DNA of 64,000 bases from Octopus vulgaris (Eukaryota), in contig OX597817.1 in NCBI GenBank assembly GCA_951406725.2, positions 74,462,001 through 74,526,000 of the forward strand. The letters are read 5' to 3'. Shown here one piece after another: positions 39,114 to 53,482 of this stretch (positions are counted from its first letter, which is position 1; every line of letters begins with the position of its first letter). The notes under the pieces were generated by a model that made no database searches, was not told the DNA's origin, and saw only the letters and a program-made list of their open reading frames with translations. A program made the translations under genes and the position numbers.

Positions 39114-39229
39114 TATATATATATATATATATATCATACACACATATTAATACATGACATATCTACATATATATATACAGACTATCATTAATACAGACCA
39201 ACACATCTCTCTCTCTCACTACACACACA

Positions 39230-39254
39230 CATATATACATACATATATATATAT

Positions 39255-39286
<32 letters not shown>

Positions 39287-39330
39287 TATATATATACATA
39301 TATACACACACACACACACACACATATATA

Positions 39331-39374
<44 letters not shown>

Positions 39375-39451
39375 CATATATACACACACACACACACATA
39401 TATATATATACATATATACACACACACACACACATATATATATACATATAT

Positions 39452-39482
<31 letters not shown>

Positions 39483-39489
39483 CATATAT

Positions 39490-39562
<73 letters not shown>

Positions 39563-39569
39563 CATATAT

Positions 39570-39602
<33 letters not shown>

Positions 39603-39609
39603 CATATAT

Positions 39610-39666
<57 letters not shown>

Positions 39667-39691
39667 TATATACACATATACACACACACAC

Positions 39692-39722
<31 letters not shown>
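39230..39722. repeat. Compound (TA)n/(CA)n microsatellite
   Basis: Alternating TA and CA tracts; similar tracts at 4940-5140, 7513-8525 and 41040-41605. Confidence 0.95.
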
Positions 39723-41049
39723 TGCAGACACACATTCAAACACAGGCATAATGAGAGGGAGGAGGAAGATAACACAAATACAAAAGTGTAAAAGAGATCA
39801 GTTCGTGTGTGCAAAACAAGAAAAGGTACCCAATACAACTAGAAGAAATTAATTTATTTAGCTAAAGCTGATGATTCATTCCCATCACTACTCCGAGTCT
39901 CTTGCTTTTCTATACACACAGATGACTCATACCATTTCACTCAATCAGCAAGAAATACAGAAATTTCCAGTGTAGTTATAATATGCATGAACAGATATTG
40001 AACAGTGAACAGAAAATATTGAATACAGGACATCCATTGCTAATAAACTGAACTGCATTATCTAAGCGTTATATAACTAATCTGATAAATCTATTAGGTC
40101 ATACTATTTCATTGGCTCACATTTTTTTTATAGATATATAAATTACATAGGTTAAATATTGTTAACAATAAAACATATCCGGATTCTATTGCAATGCAAC
40201 AGGATTTTCCCATCGTATGATGTTTTGTCCTATGACAAATTCTGTATTAAGTAAAGCAAAAATCAACAGTTTGTGTTATATTTTTCTTTTCGCATGAGAT
40301 ACACACTCATCGCCTTTTATATTTAATAATAATTTATTTATTTAACAACCGTTTTATTTTTAGATGCCATTAAATATAAAATTACAACAGAAATACATTA
40401 AAAATGTAAATTATAACCAAATTTATAACGGCATCAATCACTCCACTCACCCAAAGTAATAAACACTAAATCTTTATAGAACGATAAACTAATATCTATA
40501 ATCTCTTTACTAATCAATTAAGTGTTTGAATAATTGATCAATTAACGTAATATGACATTAAATGGCTAGTAAACAGTCATTTAGAATATGAAACGTTTGA
40601 GGTGCCTGCCGAAAATAATAAGCCTTTTCGTAAACGAAACAGGTTCTCGAGAAAAATTGGAGTCAGCACTTGAAGCATCTCAGAATTGACTATCACACTC
40701 ATTTTAACAGGTTTTCGAAAATCTAACCACAAAAATGCAGATGCTGATTTAAAAAACAGCAAGTTTAAAGAGGAAGATGTATCATGGCGACAAAGGTTTA
40801 CAGAACAACTTATAATTACAGCACCTAGTTTGCGTAACAGATTGTTCACGGTGTGTATATGTGTGTGTGTGTGTGTATGTATATATATATATACATATAT
40901 ACATACATATATACATACAGACACAAGTGTGTGTGTATACACACACACAACTCAAGCAAAATGCATATTTATTTGGTAATTTATACTAATTATAAAGACA
41001 AATAAGCAGATAGATATTATATGTCATATTGTATTATAAACACACACAC

Positions 41050-41092
<43 letters not shown>

Positions 41093-41201
41093 CATACATC
41101 TGCATATATATATATATATATATATATAGATAGATAGATAGATATCTGCACACATACACACACACTTATACAACCATCTTATCTATTTCAAGAATGCTAA
41201 T

Positions 41202-41249
<48 letters not shown>

Positions 41250-41422
41250 CATACATATATATATACACACACACATATATATATACACACACACATATAT
41301 ATATACACACACACATATATATACACACACACATATATATATACACACACACACATATATATATACACACACACACATATATATATACACACACACACAC
41401 ATATATACACACACACACACAC

Positions 41423-41468
<46 letters not shown>

Positions 41469-41508
41469 ACACACACACATATATACACACACACACACAT
41501 ATATATAT

Positions 41509-41581
<73 letters not shown>

Positions 41582-42103
41582 TATATATATACATACATAT
41601 GCATATATTTATGTCTTAGGCATGGAACCTATGTCTACACACTTATACAACCATCTTATCTATTTCAAGAATGCTAATATCTTGGTTTGCTTAGATGTTA
41701 GAATTTCATAACTACCAATGCAAGAATTCTGGAGCAACACCAGGATGTCAAATGTTAATTTCACAAAACGATAGTAACATGACATAGTTTACACAAGGAA
41801 CTATATTATATATTAACACCAAACGGCCCGTGCTGAGGAAGATTCGATTATGTTGTTTCATGATATTTAAAGATGAATAAATGCAAGAATTGTTATTTTT
41901 AATTGCATAAATGTAAATAACATTAGCGATGTTCAGAAAAAGATGTCTATGATGGGTTATATTTTGTTTATGTATATATAAATGTATTCATGTAAATCGC
42001 TTTGTGCTGTGTGTGTGGTTATATTTACGTTTTCCCTAAACAAACACACGTATGTATCTATGTACAGCAAAATCGCAAGGGCAAAAGTAATGTCGAGTAT
42101 GTA

Positions 42104-42137
<34 letters not shown>

Positions 42138-43017
42138 CGTGTGTATATGTGCATGTATGTATGATCAAAATGAACAAGATCTGGGTTTGTGCTTATATAT
42201 CAATCGTATATTGGCGATTATTGGTTTTATACTTTAATGTATAAATTTATATATCGGACTGTGACGGTAGGCGTAAACATTAAATTATCAATCATTCCGA
42301 TATGATAGGAAAATCGAGCTTCGAGCAAACATGCAAAATAAAATGCAACGAATAAACCTCTATCGAACCATCCTATCTGCTGAAAATAGCAGTCGAATTT
42401 TTGTTTTTTTCTTTTCTTTTCTTTTTATGCTTTTTTTTTTTATAAAGGGAAATACAATAGTAGACAATGTAGTTCTTGATATAAAAAATTAAAAAAAGAC
42501 GGAATGTCCACGGCTAAAAACTGGCCGTCCTGACTCTTTGATCATAGGTCTGCTTTATCAGAGCTGACCTGCGGTTAAGCAACAACAATAAAGCAAGAAT
42601 GACTCCATCTCGGAGGTACGACATAGATGAAAAGGAAACCAGCTCGACGCCTGTTCCGCTCCTTACCATTTTATCCTTCGTAGGAACCAACTAGAATTAA
42701 GACTTAACTGAAACTACATTTAATAAGCTTATACGATTATGTATTAGTATGTCTCCGAATGTATGTGTATATGTGTGTTCGTGATTTTGTATTTTAGTAA
42801 ATGGTTTATTTTGTACGTTTGGTATTTACTTTTATTGAGTAACTAAAGGAATGGAGATTTAAATGAACCAAATATGAAGTATACAAGAGAGAAAATGAGA
42901 CAGAACTTCGAAGGTTTCCTATTAATTGAAATCTGCATGTTCCTGTAAGAGTATGTAAGGAACATAATATTTGTATGTGTGTGTGTGATGTAGGAATGTA
43001 ACAAATTAAACACGTAC

Positions 43018-43057
43018 CTCTCAGTAGATTACCGACCGGTTCGTAAATCTTCGCCAT
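43018..43057 (-). CDS. SKAP2: SKAP2-like adaptor, first coding exon
   Basis: ATG...AGA G|gtacgt. MAKIYEPVGNLLR joins in phase 1 to DVEKFL, recreating the SKAP N-terminal NLLxDVExF dimerisation helix. Lies at the edge of a CpG-retaining region. Confidence 0.8.
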
Positions 43058-43300
43058 TCTCCAAAATCACATGAAAACAAGAAAACGAATTGTTTTCGTC
43101 GAAAAACTGACAACGACGAAAAATGGATAAATAAAATGTCAGTTTGTTGGTTGTCAAACTTGTGTCTGTTTTACTGCCTTGCTGCCTTCTCTCCGCTTGT
43201 ATGCCTACATCCGTAAACTGCAACTAGTTTTCGGACCCGCATGCGTATTCTACTAACTGACTCGCAGGGTCGTCGCCGTCGTCGTCATCGAAGCCTTCAT
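43058..43300 (-). promoter_or_regulatory. Putative SKAP 5' UTR / CpG-retaining promoter
   Basis: Dense CpG (cggacccgcatgcg, gtcgtcgccgtcgtcg) directly upstream of the ATG, including an NRF1-like CGCATGCG palindrome at 43238-43245. TSS not determinable. Confidence 0.5.
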
Positions 43301-43721
43301 CTTTTGCATACTAATGATAATGATGGTAGTGGTGTAGATGATGGTGATAATGATGATAATGATGGTAGTGGTGTAGATGATGGTGATAATGATGATAATG
43401 AAAAGGGGCAAGAGGAGGATCGGCACCATCATCATCATCATCATCGTCGTCGTCATCATCATTATCATCATCGGTTGCTAGCTGTCAGTAACACTGCTTC
43501 CCTCAAAAATTCCATGCTTCGCCAAAATTTGCTAACACCACTCCTGATGTGCCTCTTGTACCCCTTTCTTCTCTGCAACGCTTTTATGCATTTTATCCTG
43601 TGTCCTCTGCATGCACTTCTAGCTTTCATTGCTGTCTTTCTTTGATTTATCGCTTCTTTTTGTCCCCTCATTTACCCTTTTCAATGAGTTGTGGTGAACC
43701 TGAGCGCAATATGCACATAAG

Positions 43722-43763
<42 letters not shown>

Positions 43764-45289
43764 GAGTGAGAGCGCAGCACATGCCATCAAAGTGACACTG
43801 AGGCACAAGTATATAAAGCCTGCCATACCCATCATGACTACCCCAGTAACACCAAAGATTTTTAATAACACTGGCAAGTTCAGGCTGAATTGATTTACCC
43901 TTGATGTATTATCCTTTTAGCATTCAGATTACTCTGTCAAATGTAATGCTTATTCATTCACATTATTTTGAAATAATCATGCACAGTCTTATAGCTTTAA
44001 GGTTTCAATGATGTGATTACTTATTTTTAGAATTACATTGCAGGGTAGGTGTGATAGGTTAGATCTAGCCAGTGGTAGAATATATGGGCCGGATATGGCT
44101 GGTTTAAATGCTAGGGTTATGACAATGAGCAGAAGCACACACATCAGGACCTAATGCTATAGATGAAGTGGCCATCTTTATTACATGTATGAAAAAACCC
44201 ACAAATTTTGACAATGTCTTTTAAATTCTTCTTTTCTATGTAACTTACATGTATAGGCCGTATATATTTGCTTTTATTTATTTACTCATACACATTCCAA
44301 AGTCTATTATTATTGTTGATATTGTCATAGCTATTGTGATTGTGGTCAACAAATAGTTTTATAATATTACATTAAAATTTGTTTAAATATTATACACAGA
44401 AAGCAAAGATTAAAAAACTGTACAGACGCATCTATTACCTTCCATATTTCTATTCTCTTTATTACAATTCTCCAGCACCCTGAACCCCACCCATTTTGAG
44501 AGATAATAGTCCACAATGAATACAATGCAGTGTTGGTATTAGTGTAACCACTGACATTAGCACTTGTCTGATAACATACAAATACAATCATTTGCTCTCT
44601 CACCAAAAATAAAATTGCAAAACTTGTTGGTCACATTTTTGTTAAAAGAATTTAAGTATGATAGGTGACAGGTGTACTCAACACTTGATGGAGTCAAGTT
44701 TTGGGATTTATAAAAGTTTTTATTCAATTTGGCAAAGCCCATACCTCTCTATATCTGAAAGACAACCTATTTCTTCCAGAGAAAAAGTGAGAGAGAAGAA
44801 TTAAGTACAGTATTTTATTTATTTTCCTCAAATAAGGGAAAGTTGACTATGGCGGATTTGATCTTCGAATGCAGAGATCCATGATGAATACTGCAAAGCA
44901 ATCTACTCAACACTCTAATGTCTCTGCCAATTGATTGTCTTAATGTCTTAGTATAATTATATATATGCAGAAGTACTCTGCATATGTACTTGTATAAAAC
45001 TTTCCCCAAAACATCTTATCCAACATCCAATCATTATCATCATCATTTCAATGCCCACTTTTCTATTCTTGTATGGGACAAATGGAGCTTGTTAAGGCAT
45101 ATTTTCCAGTCAGATGCCATTTCTGTTACCAATACTCACCTGTTTCCAGGTAAAGTTACATTTCCCTATGGCCAGACATGTTTATAAAGAATATCAGAAA
45201 TGAACAACACTGCTTCTATGACTGCAACATTTACTTCCAACTATTATGCCACATCAGGACAAGGAGACACAAACATGCACACACATATA

Positions 45290-46175
45290 TGAGATGCATT
45301 CAAAAAGTATCTGACTTTATTTATTTCCCACCAAAATTAATGCTGAATAGGCAAAATCCTTTGGGTTGAAGATGAAAGCCACCCTTCCTGTGCATGAGTG
45401 AAAAATTTCACAACAGTTCTCAGCTGTTATGCCTAGATTACAGACGTGTAGTGAATCTCATTAGATATTTGTTTCACCAAATGCATCAAGCAATGATGTT
45501 GCATCAAGTTTTGCCAAAAGCTTGGTGATACTCATTCAAACCAACTTGATTATTCAGCAGGCCTTTGGCAATGATGTCATGGGCAGAACTCAGATCAAGG
45601 AGTGGTACAACCACTTCAGATATGGCTACATCTAAGTGAGAGCTAGGCACACTCAGACAGGCCATCCACATGCTGAAATGTGATGCCAGTTGAGAAGATT
45701 GAGTGAACAGCCATAGAAGATCATCATGTAACAATCCAGGAAATCGCTCACAAAGTGGGAATAAGCACAGAATCAGCACATTGCATTTTAATGGAGGATT
45801 TGTGAATGCAGAAAGTGTTAACGAAATTTGTTCTCAAGGTACTGATGGAGCAGCAGAATCAACTATGCATGGAAATTGCTCAAGAGATGCTGGACTGTGC
45901 AAACCACAACCCAGACTTCATGAAGGCCATCATCACTGATTATGAGATGTGGGTTTATGGTCTCTGCTTCATTCATTAGGTCACCTTACATGAAAGTAAA
46001 AATCTATGTTTGTATTCTAGGTATAACAGCTGGGAACTGACATGGCCTACCAGCATGAAAAATTTCATGCGTGTGCAGGAAGGATAGTGTCACCACCCAC
46101 AACAAAGGATTTTGCCCATGCAGCATTAATTTTGACAGGAAAAAATATAGTTGGATACTTTTTCAATGCACCTTG
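45290..46175 (+). mobile_element. Internally deleted mariner element
   Basis: Imperfect TIRs GAGATGCATTCAAAAAGTATCTGACT / AGTTGGATACTTTTTCAATGCACCTTG. Fragments FCQKLGDT, MGRTQIKEWYNHF (HTH) and PDFMKAIITDYEMWVY (TGDExW-like). Confidence 0.8.
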
Positions 46176-46419
46176 TGCATCATCATTTTATTGTCACTTT
46201 TTCATGCTTGCCTGGGTCAGATGGAGTCTATTGAGGCTTCTTTCAAATTTGGCATCTTGCTGGTCAAAGATTTCAATTGCTTTTTCAATGTGAAGAAATG
46301 CTTCATTTTAGCTTTTTTGCAGAGAAGCATCTTTCAGGCAATTCTTCAAGTTCTCCTTCTTCTTTTTCATGTTCAAACACAGAATGGCCTCCCCTAACAC
46401 CTGCACAGTCGTCACACCA

Positions 46420-48579
46420 ATATTTTTACTAAATATTGGGAGCCTGTTGCATCATAACAACAAAAGCAAATTTTTTTTCTGAGAGACCTTGCTGCATGCA
46501 ATCAAGCCCTATGCATAGCACTCATGGAAGCTCATCTGAGTCCTGATATAGAGGATGCAGAATTACACATACAAAAATATACCATACTGCGAACAGACAG
46601 AAGAGAAAGGAGCCATAGTAGAGTTGCTGTATACATCCGTAATGACCTCAAACCCCAGGTCTTACTGTTATACTCAAATTTAGTATGTGACATTCTAATT
46701 GTATACATAAGACAACACAATATAGTCATATGCAATACATATCACCCACCAGATGCTCCAAACTACAAAGCCAATTTTGAAGATTGCCTCACAAGAATTA
46801 AAGAAATCCTCATGAAACTGGAACACCACATGAGTGTATTTCTTATGGTGATTTCAACTTCCCCAATGTCAAATGGCCCAAAGGCCTCATACTCTCAGGA
46901 ATGACTCATTGCAAACAATCACATGTGGAGTCCCTGCTCAACCTCACCAATGCCCTATTCATGGAGCAAGTTATACTCAGATCCACTAGGGCAAATAACA
47001 TTTTGGATCTCTGCTTCACAAACAATATGAACATTGTTCATGATGTGAAAGTGACGCCAACATTAGTCACGGATCACAACATAATAGAGCTGTCTATGTT
47101 TGGGCCGAAAGTAGCCAGAGACATACAGCCTAAAGGAAGCACCCAAAATCTCTCCAATCTAAACTTCCCCGAAGCAGACTGGAAATCAATCCAAAAAGAG
47201 ATCCTCAGACAGGACCGACTGAAATGTCTCTCCACACCAGACATTGGCATGAAACTAGAATATTTCATGTCTGTTATGCAAACCATATGCCAGAAATATG
47301 TCACAAGGCCAACACAAAAAGGAACAAGTTTCCAAGGGAGAAGAATATCCTCATGAGACAATGGATGAAGGTTGCAAATCACTTCAACCAACATTCCAAA
47401 AATAGCGAAAGGTCCTTCCTATAAACAACACAGATGGAGATTGAAAAAATCCTGCAACAATCCTATGTGAGGGAGAGAACAGACAAAGAAGCCAGCATTA
47501 TAAAAAATATTAAGTCAAACCCAAAGGCCTTCTCTCATAATGCAAAAGAAACAGCCTCAGTATGATGCAAGATAGGACCCCTCTTCCAAAAGGATGGTTC
47601 CCTCACAGATAGTCCAGGATCAGTGAGGCACTGAATGACCAGTTCAAAAGTGTCTTTACCACTCCGTTGGAACACAGACTAGTGAATGAACCAGGGGATT
47701 TCTTTGCAGCCTCACCTATAACCAGTGAGGCAGTTAGAATGGATTATATCGACATTAGCGAAGAAGATATACTACTAGCCATATATGAGGTGGGCACAAA
47801 CTCTACTGCTGATCCTGATAATTTCCCAGCAATCCTCCTCAAATTGTGTAAGCATGCCCTGGCAAAACCTCTACAGATTCTCTGCAAATGGCAGGCTGCC
47901 AAGCAAACTGAAGGAGGGAATAATGTGCCCAATCCAAAAAGGGGGAAGCAGAGCAGATGCCAAAAACTATAGGCTTATCTCTCTAACTTCAGACATCAGC
48001 AAAATCATGGAATGGATAGTCAGAGGGACACTAATTGCATTCCTTGAAGAAAATGACTTGCTGAGTGATACCCAGCATGGCTTTCAACCAGGTAGGAGTT
48101 GCCTGACCCAGCTCTTACAGCACTATGTCTGGGTGTTGAGGCAGTTACTCAATAACTCAAATGTAGATGTGATATACCTTGATTCTGCAAAAGCTTTTGA
48201 TAAAGAGGATCATGGTATGATATGCCACAAACTGCATGATCTTGGCATAGCTGGAAAACTTGGAGTGTGGTTACATGACCTTCTGAAATATAAAAGCCAG
48301 GCCAATGGAGCCACTTCAATGAAAACACAAATAGTGAGCGGTGTTCCACAGGGCACTATCTTGGGACCACTGCTTTTCATAGTGACCTTCTCAGATATAC
48401 CTTTAACTGCCCAGATAGCCACCCTTGCTAGCTACACAGATTATACGAAAGTCTCGCAGAAAATACAGAACCCCAGCAATGTTGCACACCTGCAGCAGGA
48501 GTTGAACTCAATTTACAGATGGACTGAGGATAAAAATATGCAGTTTAATGCTGAAAAATTCCAAGCCCTGCACTACCAT
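46420..48579 (+). pseudogene. CR1/L2-group LINE ORF2 relic (APE endonuclease + reverse transcriptase), frameshifted and 3'-truncated
   Basis: RTDRRERSHSRVAVYIR, TRANNILDLCFTN, TDHNII (endonuclease); NYRLISLTS, QHGFQPGRSCLTQL, YLDSAKAFDK, SGVPQGTILGPLLF, YTDYTK (decayed YADD), MQFNAEK (RT). Confidence 0.92.
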
Positions 48580-48981
48580 GAGCTATATGATGAAAATCCA
48601 GAGTTACTCGCGGTTGGTGAATTTTTAATAAAAATGCGAAGGTGATTTATCAATTCAAAAATTGATATCCACGAAATAATCATACATGCTGATTTTTTTA
48701 TGCTAAAAATCTTCCTGACGACAGTCTTTGTAATCCTCAAAAATATCATAACTATTGATCCAGCCGTCTGCTAAGAGTGATCAGACACAAAGGGGGTCAC
48801 AAGGATGGTTAATAGCAAAAATGAAATGGAAAAAGTGTCTGATTATTTAGTGGTTATTGAAGTGTGTCAGTTTTGAGTAGGATTTGAAATGGCTAATTGA
48901 AGCAGCTGTTGTTTACATCTCAGTTTTGTCAATCAAAATAACTCATGGTATCAGAATATCCAGACATTATTCACATAGAAC

Positions 48982-49480
48982 AAGGCGGCAAGCTGGCAGA
49001 ACCGTTAGCACGCCAGGCGAAATGCTAAGCGGTATTTCGTCTGCCGCTACATTCTGAGTTCAAATTCCACCGAGGTCGACTTTGCCTTTCATCCTTTTAG
49101 GGTTGATTAAATAAGTACCAGTTATGCACTGGGGTTGATATAATCGACTTAATCCATTTGTCTGTCCTCTCTGTGTTTAGCCCCTTGTGGGTAGTAAAGA
49201 AATAGGTATTTCATCTGCCGCTACATTCTGAGTTCAAATTCCGCCGAGGTTGACTTTACCTTTCATCCTTTCGGGGTCGTTAAATTAAGTACCAGTTACG
49301 CATTGGGTCAATGTAATTGACTTAATCCGTTTGTCCTTGTTTGTTCTCTCTGTGTTTAGCCCCTTGTGGGTAGTAAAGAAATAGGTATTTTGTCTGTCCT
49401 TGAGTTCAAATTCTGCTATGGTCAACTTTGCCTTTCATTCTGTCAGGGTTGATAAATTAAGTACCAGTTGCATACTGGTG
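48982..49480 (+). mobile_element. tRNA-derived SINE with two tandem partial duplications
   Basis: One full copy, then repeats restarting at GGTATTT (49205, 49384). Confidence 0.8.
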
Positions 49481-50488
49481 AATAAATATAAAGCATTTTG
49501 TCTTATACTCTAATGACTCCACCACTTAACAATTCACTCATTTTTAATCACCATTCAACAATGTTCTTATTAAGCAGAGCTTTATATATCCCATCTGGGT
49601 TTTTTTTGCCTTTTTTCACTTGAATACTGGAGGCACAAGTGTAGATGTATGGTTAAGAGGTTTGATTCTTAATCAACATGATTTCAGGTTCAGTCTCACT
49701 GTATAGCATCATGGGCAAGTAGCCTGAAACCCACCAAAACCTTATTGAGTGGACTTGGTAGACAGAAGATGAAAGAAACCCACTGTGTGTATATATCATC
49801 ATCCACATTTAACATCCATTTTCTATGCTGGCATGGGTTAGATGGCTTGACAGGAACTGGCAAGTCCAGGAGTCACACCAGGTTCCATAGTGTGCTTTGG
49901 TTTGGTTTCTACAGCTGGAAGACCTTCCTAATGCCAACTATTTCACAGAATGTACTGGGTGCTTTTTATGTGGCACCATCACCAGTGCTTTTCGTGTGAC
50001 TCCAGCACAGGTGCTTTTTACATGGCACCAGCACCCACACTGATGCTTTTTACATGGCAGCTTCATTTTCAGATACCAATTCTGTTATGGTGGGCAGGTC
50101 CTCTTAAGTACAGCAATGTGCCACATACCTTGGTGGCGCAATGTGTGTGTAACCTTGATTTGACAATAGTTGTGATTGCTACAGTCATGTTAAGAAATGT
50201 CATTCATTTCCAATATTTTGCAGAAAACATGTCTAGGCATGGGGAAATATTACCTTGCTTTAAAACAAGGGTTGGCAACAGGAAGAGCAACTGGCCATAG
50301 AAAAGCTGCCTTAATAAACTCCATCCAACCATACAAAAGGATGATGATGATAATGGCTGGATGAAGGTCCCTCTAATTATGACACAACTTGAATAATAAC
50401 ATAAATATTACAAAGCATGTAAATGAAGGAGAGAAAGAGAGAGGAAAACAGAGAATGAGAAAGAGAACAGAATCACAGCTGACAAGTA

Positions 50489-50826
50489 AGGGTAAAGACC
50501 CCCTTCGGTCATGAATGACCATGGGATTGCACCTAGAAAGTTACCCTCCTAGACACAAGTCCGGGCAAGGTTGTTTATGGAAGACCAGCAGTCGCCCATG
50601 CATACCAGCCCCCCTCTCCACGCCACCAGTGTTATCCAAGGGAAAGACAAAGATCGATACAGTTTGGCACCAGTGACGTCGCAACTCATATCTACAGCTG
50701 AGTAAACTGGAGCAACGTGAAATAAAGTGCTTTGCTCAAGAACACAACACGCAGCCCGGTCTGGGATTCGAGCTCACAACCTCACGATCGTAAGCTCCAC
50801 GCTCTAACCACTGAGCCATGCGCCTT
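50489..50826 (-). mobile_element. Young tRNA-headed CORE-type SINE
   Basis: Minus strand TGGCTCAGTGG A-box and GAGCTCGAATCCC B-box; perfect 15-bp TSD CACAGCTGACAAGTA (50474-50488/50827-50841). Confidence 0.88.
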
Positions 50827-51875
50827 CACAGCTGACAAGTACAGTCTACTTATCCAGTTGTTGTCATTTATTAGCCTGCAGGTTAATCTTGACTGAGAAG
50901 ACTTATGATCTAAGGCTTTCCAACCATAACCACCCTACCTCTTCAGATGTAATTTTTTTAATACTATATTTTCTAATATATTCTAATTTTTATAAGACAG
51001 TATATTGTACTTTGAGAGATTTACCTGCTGTTTCTCTTACCTCATTAACCAATTTCTATATCATTTTCAGTTTACCTCAGAATGTCTGAGGTATTCGTCA
51101 CAACAATCTACTGGCATTCTGAGCCAATACCTGCTTTTTAAACACACAAGTCTCTTTGAGAAATTTCTCCATGACAAAATATTACAGCTAATACTGTTCC
51201 ATGTATGTCTATACATTGTTATATATACCAATATTTTAATCCTTTTGTTGCCATATATCTGTTGAAATACACTGATTTTGATTCAATATATTTTGAAAAT
51301 TACGAAGTATTTATAAAATGCTTTTATAATTATCAAGCTGGTGTCTGAATCATAAATTGACATAGAATTTCAGGAATAGTAATAGTCTCAGAGGGACTGG
51401 TATTAAAAGGGTTAATCTAATACTATTGCTAATGAATATATTAATTTACATTTAAAAATATCTTAATCAGCATCATCATTTGCTTAACATCTGTTTTCCA
51501 TGCTGGCATGGCTTGGACGTTTTGACAGAAGCTGACCAGCCAAGATAGCTGTCCAGGCTCCAATTGTCTGTTTTGGCCTGGTTTCTATGGCTGGATGTCC
51601 TTCCTAATGCCAAGCATTTCACAGTGTGCTGGGTGCTTTTAAATGCTGCCGACACAAGTACATTTTACAAGGCACCGGCACGAATGCATTTCACATGACA
51701 CTAGCATGAGTGCATTTTACATGGCACAACTTTAAAGAAATGAGCCCATGTTTGATTAGTAAGAAACAATTTTTTTTCTTTTCTTCAAAAATAAAAAAAA
51801 ATTTACATTCAAATAGAACTGATAAGAATTTGATTTAAAAATAATGAAAATAGACAAGATGTGATAAGTGTAAGG

Positions 51876-51881
51876 TTTATT
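51876..51881 (-). terminator. Probable PSMA2 polyadenylation signal AATAAA
   Basis: AATAAA on the - strand ~120 nt after the stop codon, followed by a U-rich downstream tract. Confidence 0.55.
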
Positions 51882-52003
51882 TCAATAAACATCAAAATAG
51901 CTGATATTAAGACGTTTCACTATTGATAGTTGGCCCGCCGAGATGTTTTGATCATTAGATACAGAATAAAGTAGAATGAAGAACAGCGAAGAAGAGTAAC
52001 AAA

Positions 52004-52178
52004 TTAGGATACTGAAGCAAGATAGTCTTTGACTTCAGATGGTTCAAGGCGCCGGAAACCTTGAGCATTACAGATTCCAATTTCTATGTTGCTTTCTGTC
52101 ATCTGCCCCTCAAAGCTTTCCTTCAATGTTAAAATAGCTGTGTGCACAGCATCTTCAAGTTCCAAATTTTCATTATAC
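52004..52178 (-). CDS. PSMA2: PSMA2 terminal coding exon
   Basis: tag|G, phase 2. [57 protein letters not shown]. Confidence 0.96.
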
Positions 52179-52723
52179 CTACAAGCAGAATAAACATCAA
52201 TTTAATCAAAAATTAAACAGTCCAGATATGATAACAGACAACATTTCTCAAAAACTTGTTAGAAGATTTCTGAAATGGTTGTCAAAAAACATTACAGCTT
52301 TGCAGAAAGAAAAAGTTAATATTTTTGCTTTAACCCTCGCTCCTTGAGATATAAATGGTGTCAAACATGATTATAATGATAATAATTATAACAACCAACA
52401 CACTAAACTTCTTATTGGTGTTTTCTTAGAGTCATTATTTCTAGGTGTGTGGTAAGTTATAAAGATTGCCCAGTAAGAGCTATCAATATATCACTTCAAT
52501 AATATATATCAGATATGTGAAATTTGATATTTCAATATCTGATACCTCTTCTAAAGTCAATCAGTGTACGTGTGTTACAAAGAAAAAAGAGAGTTGTAAG
52601 TGGCGACAGCTACATCACACATATAATAATTCTTGTTCAATGTAGTTTGCACAAGACTCAAATTCTCTTTAAACCAAAATAACAGTTTTGAAAGTATAAC
52701 AAAAAATATCTCTTTATTTAAAA

Positions 52724-53452
<729 letters not shown>

Positions 53453-53482
53453 TTAAATACATTTGACACAAGAGATATTATA

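Noticed and set aside
39154-41619. His/Thr- and Cys/Val-rich ORFs (also at 4848-5219 and 7511-8528)
   Set aside because: Translations of (CA)n/(TG)n/(TA)n tracts.
43241-43645. 134-aa Asp/His-rich ORF divergent from SKAP
   Set aside because: Built from (GAT)n/(CAT)n low-complexity DNA and a 39-bp direct repeat; no domain or splice support.
47785-48645. 286-aa reverse transcriptase ORF as an active or domesticated gene
   Set aside because: The catalytic YADD has decayed to YTDY, upstream frames are broken and the 3' end is truncated.
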